From Bacteroidales bacterium (lineage in GTDB: Bacteria; Bacteroidota; Bacteroidia; Bacteroidales; WRLA01), in the NCBI GenBank assembly GCA_965230045.1, contig OZ245940.1, forward strand, positions 8,058 through 72,057: a stretch of DNA of 64,000 nucleotides. Reading direction: 5' to 3'. This document shows positions 19,723 through 30,025 of the stretch, in pieces; the first letter of the stretch is position 1, and every line of letters starts with the position of its first letter. The notes beneath the pieces were generated by a model. That model made no database searches. It was not told the DNA's origin and saw nothing but the letters and a program-made list of their open reading frames with translations. Both the position numbers and the translations under genes were made by a program.

Positions 19723-20655
19723 ATGGCTATTGAGTACAAAAAAGCAAATGCAGAAGGCGTTTTAAAGTGTCTGGAATGGGAACCAAAAATCATTGAAACA
19801 AGATTGGGGCCAATTGAATATGCCGACCGTGGCGAAGGACCGGCAGTGCTTTCTGTTCACGGAGGACCGGGAGGTTTTGATCAGGCATTGGGGCTTATCG
19901 AAGTGTTCCGGACATCCGGTTTTCGGGTTATCGCCCCTTCCAGGGCAGGATATTTGGGCACACCTGCCGACAACGGGACAACTTATGAAAAGCAGGCCGA
20001 CATGCATGCTGCACTCCTGGAGGCATTGGAAATTGATCAGGCTACTGTTGTTGGGGTATCTGCAGGTGGGCCGTCATCTTACTGTCTGGCGCAAAATTAT
20101 CCCGAAAAAGTAAAAGCACTGATACCCATCGATGCAGTCTGTATGGAATATACCAAGCTCCAGGAAGTAAATAAAACAGAAGAATTCCTTTACCTCAGCA
20201 AGCCCGGGCTCTGGTTTGTAGATTATTTGATGAAACATTTTCCGGCATCTATGGTGCAAAATTTTCTAAAAACAGAAAGTACGCTTGATAAACATGATGT
20301 CAAAAAACGGATTAAAGAAGTTGTTGGCGACGAAGATCGGTTTGCATTTATGAAACTCATGATGGCAACGGTAACCAAACATTATAAACAACGTAAGCGC
20401 GGCCTTGATATTGATATCGATATTTTAACCAAAATCGATAAAGTTGCTATCGATAAAATATCCTGTCCAACTTTAATCGTTCATGGCAGGGCCGATGGCG
20501 ATGTTCCTCCTCATCAGGCAGAATATGCCCATAATACCATCAAAAATTCAGAATTATTGTGGGTTGAGAAAGGCTCTCATATTGGTTTCTGGCTTGCCGC
20601 CGATGCCTATGATGTACAGAAAAAAACCATTGAATGGCTCAGGGACCAGCATTGA
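19723..20655 (+). CDS. Alpha/beta-fold hydrolase
   Basis: ...VLSVHGGPGG... and the nucleophile elbow GVSAGG. A C-terminal ...HGRADGDVP...GSHIGF supplies the Asp/His of the triad. Confidence 0.75.
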   Translation: MAIEYKKANAEGVLKCLEWEPKIIETRLGPIEYADRGEGPAVLSVHGGPGGFDQALGLIEVFRTSGFRVIAPSRAGYLGTPADNGTTYEKQADMHAALLEALEIDQATVVGVSAGGPSSYCLAQNYPEKVKALIPIDAVCMEYTKLQEVNKTEEFLYLSKPGLWFVDYLMKHFPASMVQNFLKTESTLDKHDVKKRIKEVVGDEDRFAFMKLMMATVTKHYKQRKRGLDIDIDILTKIDKVAIDKISCPTLIVHGRADGDVPPHQAEYAHNTIKNSELLWVEKGSHIGFWLAADAYDVQKKTIEWLRDQH

Positions 20656-20867
20656 GCTGCGTTCCTTTCTCATTCAAAAATCAAAAGAACTAAAATCCAG
20701 GACAAACTTTTTACAGGTAACTTTGAATAAGTTTAACCTCCAATTTGATTACCCAATAAAAAGTCTGCAGTACCTGTTTTTAGTAAGGAAAAGCTTAAAC
20801 CATTATGCTAAAGGTGTTTTTTGGACATCATTAAATCATAACACGACACATAAAGTGCGATAAAAAA

Positions 20868-20891
20868 AGCCCTGCCAGGAATGACAGGGCT
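20868..20891 (-). terminator. Terminator of topA (hairpin also usable from the + strand)
   Basis: AGCCCTG-N10-CAGGGCT. On the - strand it is followed by a T7 run. Confidence 0.65.
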
Positions 20892-20899
20892 TTCAGTAA

Positions 20900-23289
20900 T
20901 TATTTTTTTTCCGCTTTCTTGCGGGTTGTTGTCGTTTTCTTTCGTGCAGTAGCAGCTTTCTTTTTGGCCGGGGCTTTTTTTGTTTTGCCCTTGTCTCCAT
21001 CCTCAATTAATTTCAGGCAATCTTCGTATGTAAGCTTTTCCGGCTCCATGGTTTTTGGGATGCGGTAGTTTTTGCGCCCTTTTGCCACGTATGGACCGTA
21101 GCGCCCAACTTTTACCTTGATGTCCTTATCTTCTTCAAATTCTTTGATCAGGCTTTTGGCATCTTTTTCACGTTTTTCCTGAATGATCACAACGGCACGT
21201 TCACCATCGATAGTGGCAGGATCATCGGTTTTTGCCAGGCTGTAAAATTTGGATTTATGACGCACATATGGGCCAAAACGACCAATAGCAACGCTCATAT
21301 CTGCATCTTCGAACTGACCTACGATGCGTGGAAATTTCAGCAGTTCCAGAGCTTCTTCCAGCGTGATGGTTTCGATACTCTGTGTTTTCTTTAATCCTGC
21401 GAAGCGTGGTTTTTCATCGCTTTCGGGATCTGCTTCGCCCAGTTGGATCATCGCGCCAAAACGGCCAATACGTGCAATTACATTTTTGCCTGTTGCCGGA
21501 TCGGTTCCCAAAATGCGCTCACCTTTTACTTTTTCCGATTTTTCGAGGGTTTCTTCCACATTTTCATGGAATGGGCCATAAAAATCTTTCAGCATATCCT
21601 GCCACACCATTTTCCCTTCGGCAATTTTATCGAACTGAGCCTCCACGCTGGCCGTAAAGTTGTAGTCCATAATCTTGTCGAAATAGCGCACCAGGAATTC
21701 ATTCACAAGTTTACCGATATCTGTCGGGAAAAGTTTGGCTTTTTCGTAGCCGGTTTTTTCCGTTTTGTTTTCTTCGATCAGTTTTCCGCCTTTAGCACGG
21801 AGCATCACATATTGCCGCTCTGTTCCGTCGCGGTCTTCTTTTACCACATATTCCCTTTTCTGAATGGTGGAAATGATCGGTGCATATGTTGAAGGCCTTC
21901 CGATTCCCAGCTCTTCGAGTTTGCGCACCAGACTGGCTTCTGTGAATCGCGGCGGGTGCTGGCTAAAGCGCTGTTGTGCCGTAATTTCATTATTGGCCAG
22001 CTTTTGCCCGGTTTTGAGCGGGGGCAATACGCCTTTTTGTTCTTCGCTGTCATCATCATCGCGCGATTCCAGATAAACCTTCAGGAAACCGTCAAAAGTA
22101 ATGACCTCTCCCTTGGCAACGAAGTTTTCTTTTGCTTTGGAAACATCAATCGTAAAAGTAGTGCGCTCCAGTTCAGCATCTGCCATTTGCGAAGCGATGG
22201 TGCGTTTCCAGATCAGCTCGTAGAGACGCTGCTGGTCTTTGGTGTCGCCTGCAGTATGATTGCTTATATATGTGGGCCTGATGGCTTCGTGTGCTTCCTG
22301 TGCGCCTTTGGCTTTCGTGGCATAACGGCGTGATTTCGAATAGCGTGCGCCATAACTTTCGGTGATTTCCTGCTTGGCTGTATTCACTGCCAGTGAAGAA
22401 AGGTTCACCGAGTCGGTACGCATATAGGTAATTTTTCCCGATTCGTAAAGCTGCTGTGCCACCATCATGGTTTTGGAAACCGAGAAACCCAGTTTACGGC
22501 TGGCTTCCTGCTGCAAAGTTGATGTAGTAAATGGCGGTGCCGGGCTCTTCTTTCCGGGTTTCTTTTCAATATCATTGATGATGAATTCCGATTCCAGACA
22601 TTGCTGCAGGAATGTCTCAGCCTCTTCTTTTTTAGCAAAACGCTGTGGCAGTTCGGCGATAAAGCTGTTGCGTGCATTGGCTACTTCTCCCAAAGGGAAA
22701 AATACACCACTGACTTTGAAAGAAGATATACTTTTGAAGTTTTTGATTTCGCTTTCGCGCTCAACAATCAAACGGACGGCAACCGATTGCACACGCCCGG
22801 CAGAAAGTGAGGGTTTTACTTTTTTCCAAAGTACCGGCGAAAGTTCAAAACCGACAAGGCGGTCGAGTACACGGCGTGCCTGCTGGGCATTTACCAGATT
22901 GTAGTCAATGCTTCTCGGGCTTTTTACGGCATCGAGTATGGCATTTTTGTAATTTCATGAAAAACAATCCGTTTCGTTGAATCCTGATTCAGGTTCAGCG
23001 CTTCCTGAAGGTGCCAGGCAATGGCTTCTCCTTCGCGGTCTTCATCGGATGCAAGCCAAACCGTTTCGGCCTCCTTAGCTAATTTTTTCAGCTCCCTGAT
23101 AACCTTGGTTTTATCTGCGCTTATTTCGTAATCAGGCACAAAACCCGATTCTATGTCCACACCCAGCTTCTTTTTGGAGAGGTCGCGGATATGCCCGAAA
23201 CTGGATTTAACAAGAAATTCTTTCCCTAAAAAACCTTCAATGGTTTTTGCTTTTGCAGGGGACTCGACAATAACTAAATTTTTTCCCAT
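20900..23289 (-). CDS. topA: DNA topoisomerase I, reading frame interrupted by a 1-nt deletion in a homopolymer
   Basis: The TOPRIM N-terminus [22 protein letters not shown]...[16 protein letters not shown] (22924-23289) runs to ...FHEITK. The canonical continuation [43 protein letters not shown]...[17 protein letters not shown] is in the adjacent frame. The shift maps to the T5 run at 22944-22948. Confidence 0.9.
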
Positions 23290-23542
23290 AAGATCTGAAA
23301 AATACTATTTGGCTTTAAAAACGGCGACAAAGGTATAACATTAAAAGGCTAAAAATCAAATGGCATTTGCAAATTCACATTATTAATGTGTAAGCTTATG
23401 CCGGATTTATCATTAATTTTGCGCCCCGGTTCAGGCTAAACATTTGATTGCGAAGCCTGTTTTATTCCGGCCTCTGTTATTGGCAATAAAGTCGAAACAG
23501 ACCAGATTGTTCATTTCATTTTTGATGTTAAAGAAATTATCC

Positions 23543-24874
23543 ATGGAGAAAAAATCCAGACTTTATATTGAAACTTACGGCTGCCAGATGAATTTTTCCG
23601 ATAGTGAAATCGTGGCCTCTGTATTGGAAAAAGATGATTTTATATTGGTTGATGAAGCCGGTCAGGCCGATCTTATTTTGCTCAACACCTGTTCCATCCG
23701 CGATAAAGCAGAACAGCGCATCTGGAAACGACTGGAGCATCTGCATGCGCTTAAGAAAAAAAATTCCGGACTTAAAATCGGGATTATCGGCTGTATGGCC
23801 GAGCGCCTGAAAGAAGAGCTACTGAGCGGCGAAAAATCTGTTGACCTGATTGCCGGCCCCGACGCCTATCGCGACCTGCCGCAATTGGTGCGCGAGATGG
23901 AATCCGGACAAAAAGCTGCCAATGTGCAGCTTTCGCTCGAAGAAACCTATGACGACATACAGCCGGTGCGCTACCACAGTAATGGCATTTCAGCCTTTGT
24001 TTCCATTATGCGCGGCTGCGAAAATTTCTGCACTTATTGTGTGGTGCCCTTTACCCGCGGAAAAGAACGAAGCCGTTCGGTACAAACCATCATCCACGAA
24101 TGTACTGAGCTGCAAAAAAAAGGATTTAAAGAAGTTACATTGCTCGGGCAAAATGTGAACTCCTACCGGCAAAGCGATGAAAACGGAAATGACATCGGAT
24201 TTGCACAACTCCTGCAAAAAGTCGCCGATGCCGCTCCCGGGATGCGCGTCCGTTTTACAACCTCACACCCAAAAGACCTGCCCGATGAACTATTGCATGT
24301 AATTGCCAACAATAAAAACATCTGCAAAGCCATTCACCTGGCGATGCAATCGGGAAGCAGCGTGGTGCTGGAGCGCATGAACCGTAAATACAGCCGCGAA
24401 TTTTATCTCGAACGCATAGCTTCGGCACGCAGGATTATACCCGATGTCGCCATATCAACGGATATCATTGCCGGATTTTGCGGCGAAACCGAAGAAGATC
24501 ACAAAGAAACACTTTCGGCTATGCGCAAAGCTGCTTTTGAGTATGCTTTTATGTTTAAATATTCGAAAAGGCCGGGCACTATCGCTGCCAAAAAGTTTGA
24601 TGATGATGTAAGCGAAAAAGTGAAAACCCGCCGTTTGGAAGAAATTATCGCCACACAGCAGGTGCTCTCCATGCAAAGCAACCGGCGTGATGTGGGCAAA
24701 ACTTTTGAAGTGCTGGTTGAAGGTGTGAGCAAGAAGTCAAAAACGCAATTATTTGGCCGTAATTCTCAAAATAAAGTGGTCGTTTTCGAGAATAATGGTT
24801 TTAATGCCGGTGATTTTGTCGCAGTGAAAATCACGAATTGTACTTCTGCAACATTGATCGGGGAATTGGTTTAG
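23543..24874 (+). CDS. miaB: tRNA-i6A37 methylthiotransferase MiaB (radical SAM)
   Basis: MEKKSRLYIETYGCQMN..., radical-SAM CENFCTYCVVP, and a C-terminal TRAM-like domain. Confidence 0.9.
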   Translation: MEKKSRLYIETYGCQMNFSDSEIVASVLEKDDFILVDEAGQADLILLNTCSIRDKAEQRIWKRLEHLHALKKKNSGLKIGIIGCMAERLKEELLSGEKSVDLIAGPDAYRDLPQLVREMESGQKAANVQLSLEETYDDIQPVRYHSNGISAFVSIMRGCENFCTYCVVPFTRGKERSRSVQTIIHECTELQKKGFKEVTLLGQNVNSYRQSDENGNDIGFAQLLQKVADAAPGMRVRFTTSHPKDLPDELLHVIANNKNICKAIHLAMQSGSSVVLERMNRKYSREFYLERIASARRIIPDVAISTDIIAGFCGETEEDHKETLSAMRKAAFEYAFMFKYSKRPGTIAAKKFDDDVSEKVKTRRLEEIIATQQVLSMQSNRRDVGKTFEVLVEGVSKKSKTQLFGRNSQNKVVVFENNGFNAGDFVAVKITNCTSATLIGELV

Positions 24875-24875
24875 G

Positions 24876-25083
24876 GTTTGAATACCGGCCTCTCGACTCC
24901 CTTCAGCTTTGCTCAGGGAACACGCTTGAGAACCTTAATTTTTGCAATTATCTACATTCAAGCACTCCGCTCGAGGACCTTAAATTTTGGTTTTAACTCC
25001 ATCAAAGGCCCCTGAGCGGAGCCGAAGGACCGTCTTAATTACTCACTCTGAGGTCCCTGAGCGAAGCCGAAGGGCCGACCATA
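24876..25083. repeat. REP-like palindromic cluster built from the CCTGAGCG(G/A)AGCCGAAGG motif
   Basis: The motif occurs directly at 25009-25031 and 25055-25074, and inverted at 24899-24918 (CCCTTCAGCTTTGCTCAGGG). Confidence 0.6.
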
Positions 25084-25086
25084 ATA

Positions 25087-27453
25087 TTACTCATACTTCA
25101 AAACATCAGCCGGATTGATCCGCCCGGATTTGTAGCCCTGGTGCATTACGCTGATTAAAGCAATTAATGTGCTGATTACAAGTGTTATAATAAAATATTT
25201 AGGACTGAGCGCAATACGGTAATGATATAATTCCAGCCAGTTTTTCATTAAGTACCAGCTCATGGGCAAAGCAATGGCGTTGGCAATAATCACGCGCAAG
25301 AGAAACTGGCGCAAAAAAAGCAAATGCACCTGCCCGCTGCTGGCACCCATTACCCGTCGTATGGCCGATTCGCGCAGGCGCAGCCGGCCAATAAACAATG
25401 CCAGGCCAAACAATCCAATGGCTGCTATAAAAACCGCCAGGCCGGAAAACAAACTCACCAAACGGCTTTGCTGCCGCTCCCTTTGGTATAAATGCTCATT
25501 GAAATCAACAGGACGCATCAGCTCAAAAAGCTCATCGGGAAGAATTTCGTCCCAAAGTTTTTGCAAGTCCTCCTTAATCCTCCGTGGATCGCCCTTATAG
25601 CGCAAACTGATGTACTCAAAAGCCGTTTCGGGATTCCATTCCGGCAAAGGACTGATTATCAATGGCTCAATTTTACTATGCGCCGAAGTATGCACAAAAT
25701 CCTGCAAAACGCCACAAACCCGCATATCCACGCCATTGCGTTTTATGATTTTCCCGATGGGATTGTCCCAGCCAAATTCCTGTGCAGCGGCCTGATTGAT
25801 CAATATGCTTTTGCCATCATTATTATCCGGAAATATCTGCCCGGCTACCAAAGGAACATTTAATGTGTTTATATATTCTTTGTATGCATTGATCACAAAC
25901 ATCATTTGCACATCTTGCACTCCTTCGGGAAAAAATCCATACAAAGAGCCGCCCATACCGGGTACTCCGGAACTGCTGCCTACATGTGTGACGCCACTAA
26001 TGTTTCGCACATTATCGCAAATAATACCGTGCATCTTTTTTGATTCATCATTGCGTAGCTGTAGAATATACATTTGACTACCATCAAAACCTGTATCAAA
26101 ACTTTGCAAAAATCGCAACTGCCCCTGCATGATAAGCGTACAGCAAATCAATACACTGGCGATCAAAAACTGTAAAACAACCAACAAATTCCGAATAGCG
26201 TTATTCCCATTTCCTTTTTGGGTTCTTCCAAAAGCTTCAAGCGGATTGGTGGTTGCTATGAAGCGCGCAGGATACAAACCGCCCAGCAGCCCGGCAATAA
26301 TTGCAATCAAAAATGTCGCAATGATGCTGAGCATGGCCTGATGGCCGTACAAACCAATATTCAGATTGGTCAGGCGGCTGATCCAGGGCTGAAAAAGCTC
26401 GCCCAGAATCAAGGCCAGCGGAAAAGCCAGCAAAGCCATCATCATGGATTCGGTCAAATGTTGCCGCATGAGGTTTCCGTTGTAGGCGCCTAAAACCTTT
26501 CGGATTCCGGCTTCTTTTTTACGTTTCGTAAAAAGTGCAGTGCTCAGATTTGTAAAATTAATCACAGCCAGCAGCAATATGCTGAGCGCAATCAGCGAAA
26601 CAATCCATATTTTTTGGTATCCATCGCTTTTATCGGCCAGTTTTCCCAAATGGACATCTTCGAGCGGAATAGGATTCAGGTGCATCTGGATGCCATAATT
26701 GCGGTATTCGGCATTGATATGACGTTCCATAAAATCCGGGAAAGCTTCCGACATTTGCTGCATATCCGCCTCGGGATGCAGGCGCACATAAGTCAAAAAT
26801 CCCCAGCCGCCATTCCAGCCCAAACCCATACGCTTCATCGTTTTCAGGCTTTCAAAGGAAACTACGGCCTGTGGCCTGATGGTGGAATTTGTGGGCGCAT
26901 CGGCCATAATGCCTCTGATCAGAAAGGTGTGCTCATTGTTCAGTTTTATACTTTCTCCTACGATATCGCTTTCATTACGAAAAAGCCGCTTTGCCATGCT
27001 TTCGGATAGCACGATGCTGTAAGGTTCTTTCAGGCATTCTGCCGGATTTCCTTCTTTCAGGTCAAAGCTGAACATCCGGAAAAAGGAGCTATCGGCATAA
27101 GCATAGTCTCCGGTTTCCACCACCTGGTCTCCATGGCTGAACAACTCCCCGCCGGTCATATTCACACGGCACATACATTCTACATCGGGGAATTCATCGG
27201 GCAAAGATGCGCCCAAACCGGAAGAAGCCGTCGGAACCATACTTTCCGAACCTTCGCGTTCCACGATCATATTCATCAGATATGTGCGTTCAGCTCCTTT
27301 ATGGAAACTATCGAAACTGGTTTCCTGCAGCACATACTGGAAAATCAGGCTAAAAGCCGCAAGCCCCAGCGCCAGTCCAAAAAGGTTGATGATGCTGTAG
27401 GTTTTATTTCGTTGAAAAAAACGAATTGCCGTGATTAAATTACTTTTCCACAT
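25087..27453 (-). CDS. FtsX/MacB-type ABC transporter permease
   Basis: 788 aa. Same architecture as the other paralogs, with the tail ...RINPADVLKYE. Confidence 0.9.
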   Translation of the reverse strand: MWKSNLITAIRFFQRNKTYSIINLFGLALGLAAFSLIFQYVLQETSFDSFHKGAERTYLMNMIVEREGSESMVPTASSGLGASLPDEFPDVECMCRVNMTGGELFSHGDQVVETGDYAYADSSFFRMFSFDLKEGNPAECLKEPYSIVLSESMAKRLFRNESDIVGESIKLNNEHTFLIRGIMADAPTNSTIRPQAVVSFESLKTMKRMGLGWNGGWGFLTYVRLHPEADMQQMSEAFPDFMERHINAEYRNYGIQMHLNPIPLEDVHLGKLADKSDGYQKIWIVSLIALSILLLAVINFTNLSTALFTKRKKEAGIRKVLGAYNGNLMRQHLTESMMMALLAFPLALILGELFQPWISRLTNLNIGLYGHQAMLSIIATFLIAIIAGLLGGLYPARFIATTNPLEAFGRTQKGNGNNAIRNLLVVLQFLIASVLICCTLIMQGQLRFLQSFDTGFDGSQMYILQLRNDESKKMHGIICDNVRNISGVTHVGSSSGVPGMGGSLYGFFPEGVQDVQMMFVINAYKEYINTLNVPLVAGQIFPDNNDGKSILINQAAAQEFGWDNPIGKIIKRNGVDMRVCGVLQDFVHTSAHSKIEPLIISPLPEWNPETAFEYISLRYKGDPRRIKEDLQKLWDEILPDELFELMRPVDFNEHLYQRERQQSRLVSLFSGLAVFIAAIGLFGLALFIGRLRLRESAIRRVMGASSGQVHLLFLRQFLLRVIIANAIALPMSWYLMKNWLELYHYRIALSPKYFIITLVISTLIALISVMHQGYKSGRINPADVLKYE

Positions 27454-27464
27454 AATATTTTTGT

Positions 27465-29855
27465 TTATTCAAAACGTAATGCATCGGCAGGGTTGGCCTG
27501 TGCTGCTTTGTATGACTGATAACCAATTGAAAGATAAGTGATGGCAATAGATGCCAAAAGGCTGATCACATAAATGCTCCAGGGAATCGCGATACGGAAT
27601 TCAAAACTTTCCAGCCAGCGCATACTGAAATAGTAGGCGAATGGCCATGCGATCAGATTTGCCAAAACCACCAGCATGATATATTCGCGGGTATAGGTAT
27701 AAATAATCTGGAATACTGATGCGCCAAAGGTTTTGCGGATGCCAATGGAGCGGATCTGCTGTGCCAGGACAAAGCTGATGATGCCATAGATGCCCAGAAT
27801 CGCGATAATTACAGCAACCAGCATAAAACTAAGGATTATGTATTGCATGCGCTGGTCATCCTCATAATAAAGACTGAGGTAGTCTTCCAGAGATTCGGAA
27901 CTTATAATAAAAGCCGGAAACATTTCTTCGAGCAGCTGTGTTACGGATTCATTTACCTGCTTCGCTTGTCCGGGATAATGCTTTACAATAAGCTTGTCGG
28001 CAAAAAAAGGCATGTGAAGAAACGCGATGGGACGTATTTCGGAACGGAGCGAAGAAGAATGAAAATCATTTACAATTCCCACAATCCGTGCTTTAAACAT
28101 ACTGATCCCAATAATTTCGCCAATAGTTTCATCGCCGATGGCCATTCCGGCTTTTTTGAGGAAGGTTTCATTTACCAGCACTTCATGAATACTGTCATCT
28201 TCATGCTGATAATATAACCAACGGCCATGCAGGACCTTCAGGCCAAAAGCATTTTTATAGGCGGTATCGACCAGTTTCAGGTAAATTTGGAAATCATCGT
28301 TTTTTGATTCATCACCCATGTGGAAATGTGTACCCATATTTGTTGAAGAAGAAGGAGCGCCAAGAGAAATGCTGACATTGCGGATCTGAGGGTTTTGCGA
28401 GAGCTCCGCATAAAGATGGTTTTGGTCTTCTGTACTGTTTCCCGGCAATTGAAAAATGAGGGTATTTTCTTTTTCAAAACCCAGATCTTTGGAATGCACA
28501 TAGCTGATTTGCCTGCTTATTGTCAGTACATTGATTACCAAAGCAGTTGTAATAGTAAATTGCATGATGATCAATACTTTACGCAATGTAAAGCGTTTTT
28601 GTCCTCCCGAGCGCAGATTGTTTTTCAGGCAATCGACAGGAGCAAAACGACTAATCATCCAGCCGGGATAAAGGCCGGTGAGCAAACTGGCGACAATCCA
28701 AACGGCCAGCAAAATCAATAGTATCGCCGGATCATCATAAATACTTACTTCTCCCTTTGGCATAATAAGGCGATTAAAAACCGGGAGCAATATCTCCGAA
28801 ATAATAAGCCCAAAAACAATACTGATCAGCACAATTACCGAAGTCTCGCTTATAAAACCGGCGATAATGCCTTTTCTTCCGGAGCCTAAAACCCTGCGCA
28901 TGCCTGCTTCCTTTGAGCGTCGTACCAATTGCGCTGTGCTCAGATTGATAAAATTAAAACAGGCTGCAAGCAGTATCAAAAGCCCAATCCAGATCAGATT
29001 ATTCAAAACAGACCGCTTTACCGCATAATTATTGGGTATGTCCACATATTTCGATTGAAAATGCATTTGCGAAAGCGGCTGAAGCTCATAAGTCATTTCA
29101 TTTCTATGTCTGTGATAGTTTTTATTTACACTGGCCGTAATGGCTTTTGTAATCATTTCTGAATCTATATTTTTGCCCAGCTTGATAAATGTATTCATAC
29201 CGCTCATGGTAAGATCCCATCTTTTAATGGCCATACCGCCCAAACTGTCGGGCAGGGCTTCGAAGGGTAAAATCATGCTGTAAGGCATACTGGAATTCAC
29301 TTTTTGCGTAGCCACTACTCCGCTCACCATCATATTTCTTCCCCGACCCACTTCCAGCCTTTTGCCCAACGGATTTTCGTTTCCAAAATATTTTTGCGCC
29401 AGGCTATCCGTTAATACCACATTTCCAGCTTCATGAAGAGCGGTTTCAGGATTGCCTTGCACCCATTGCAGCGGGAAAAACTCCTCAAACAGGCTGTCCA
29501 CATAAAGCAGGTTCTCTTCCCGGAATGATTTTTCACCAATAAAAACATCTTCGATATAGCGGTTGTAAATCTGCATAATGGGATAATCAGGAAGATCGAG
29601 GCGCAAGGCACGTGCCATGGGAAAAGGCGTACAGGATTCATAATTTTTATTTTGTGCGTGATGTGTTATACCACAAACCCTGTAAATATTCCTATATCCA
29701 GGAACATCACGATCGTAACTCAGCTCGTATCGAACATAAAGGCTTATCAGGATGAAGGCGGCCATTCCAATAGCCATCCCGAAAATATTGATCAGGGTAT
29801 AAGTCTTTTGTCGTTTGGCTTTACGCCAGCTTATGAGAAAAAAATTTCGGAACAT
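27465..29855 (-). CDS. FtsX/MacB-type ABC transporter permease
   Basis: 796 aa paralog, 11 nt upstream of the previous one (tandem operon). Tail ...ANPADALRFE. Confidence 0.9.
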   Translation of the reverse strand: MFRNFFLISWRKAKRQKTYTLINIFGMAIGMAAFILISLYVRYELSYDRDVPGYRNIYRVCGITHHAQNKNYESCTPFPMARALRLDLPDYPIMQIYNRYIEDVFIGEKSFREENLLYVDSLFEEFFPLQWVQGNPETALHEAGNVVLTDSLAQKYFGNENPLGKRLEVGRGRNMMVSGVVATQKVNSSMPYSMILPFEALPDSLGGMAIKRWDLTMSGMNTFIKLGKNIDSEMITKAITASVNKNYHRHRNEMTYELQPLSQMHFQSKYVDIPNNYAVKRSVLNNLIWIGLLILLAACFNFINLSTAQLVRRSKEAGMRRVLGSGRKGIIAGFISETSVIVLISIVFGLIISEILLPVFNRLIMPKGEVSIYDDPAILLILLAVWIVASLLTGLYPGWMISRFAPVDCLKNNLRSGGQKRFTLRKVLIIMQFTITTALVINVLTISRQISYVHSKDLGFEKENTLIFQLPGNSTEDQNHLYAELSQNPQIRNVSISLGAPSSSTNMGTHFHMGDESKNDDFQIYLKLVDTAYKNAFGLKVLHGRWLYYQHEDDSIHEVLVNETFLKKAGMAIGDETIGEIIGISMFKARIVGIVNDFHSSSLRSEIRPIAFLHMPFFADKLIVKHYPGQAKQVNESVTQLLEEMFPAFIISSESLEDYLSLYYEDDQRMQYIILSFMLVAVIIAILGIYGIISFVLAQQIRSIGIRKTFGASVFQIIYTYTREYIMLVVLANLIAWPFAYYFSMRWLESFEFRIAIPWSIYVISLLASIAITYLSIGYQSYKAAQANPADALRFE

Positions 29856-30025
29856 GATATATATTTTGTCAGCAAAATTGAAATAATTGTGCCCACCACA
29901 CTAATGTTCTTAAAATAAAGCCATTATGTTGATAACATTTTAGAATTATTGTTTTTATTGTTCCAATTTGAAACAAAATACTGTTTCATGGCGGAACAAT
30001 TCCGTACCTTAGCAAAAAAAGCACA

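Noticed and set aside
29875-29895. TGGCAC-like motifs upstream of three FtsX genes (29875-29895 on the minus strand, 5714-5730, 61080-61096) might be sigma54 promoters, given the adjacent NtrC-type regulator.
   Set aside because: The -24-like GGCA(C/T) is present, but the -12 element is TTTCA, TTGAA or ATGAA instead of TTGC. The invariant GC is missing and the spacing is inconsistent at 61080. This is too weak without a PWM scan.
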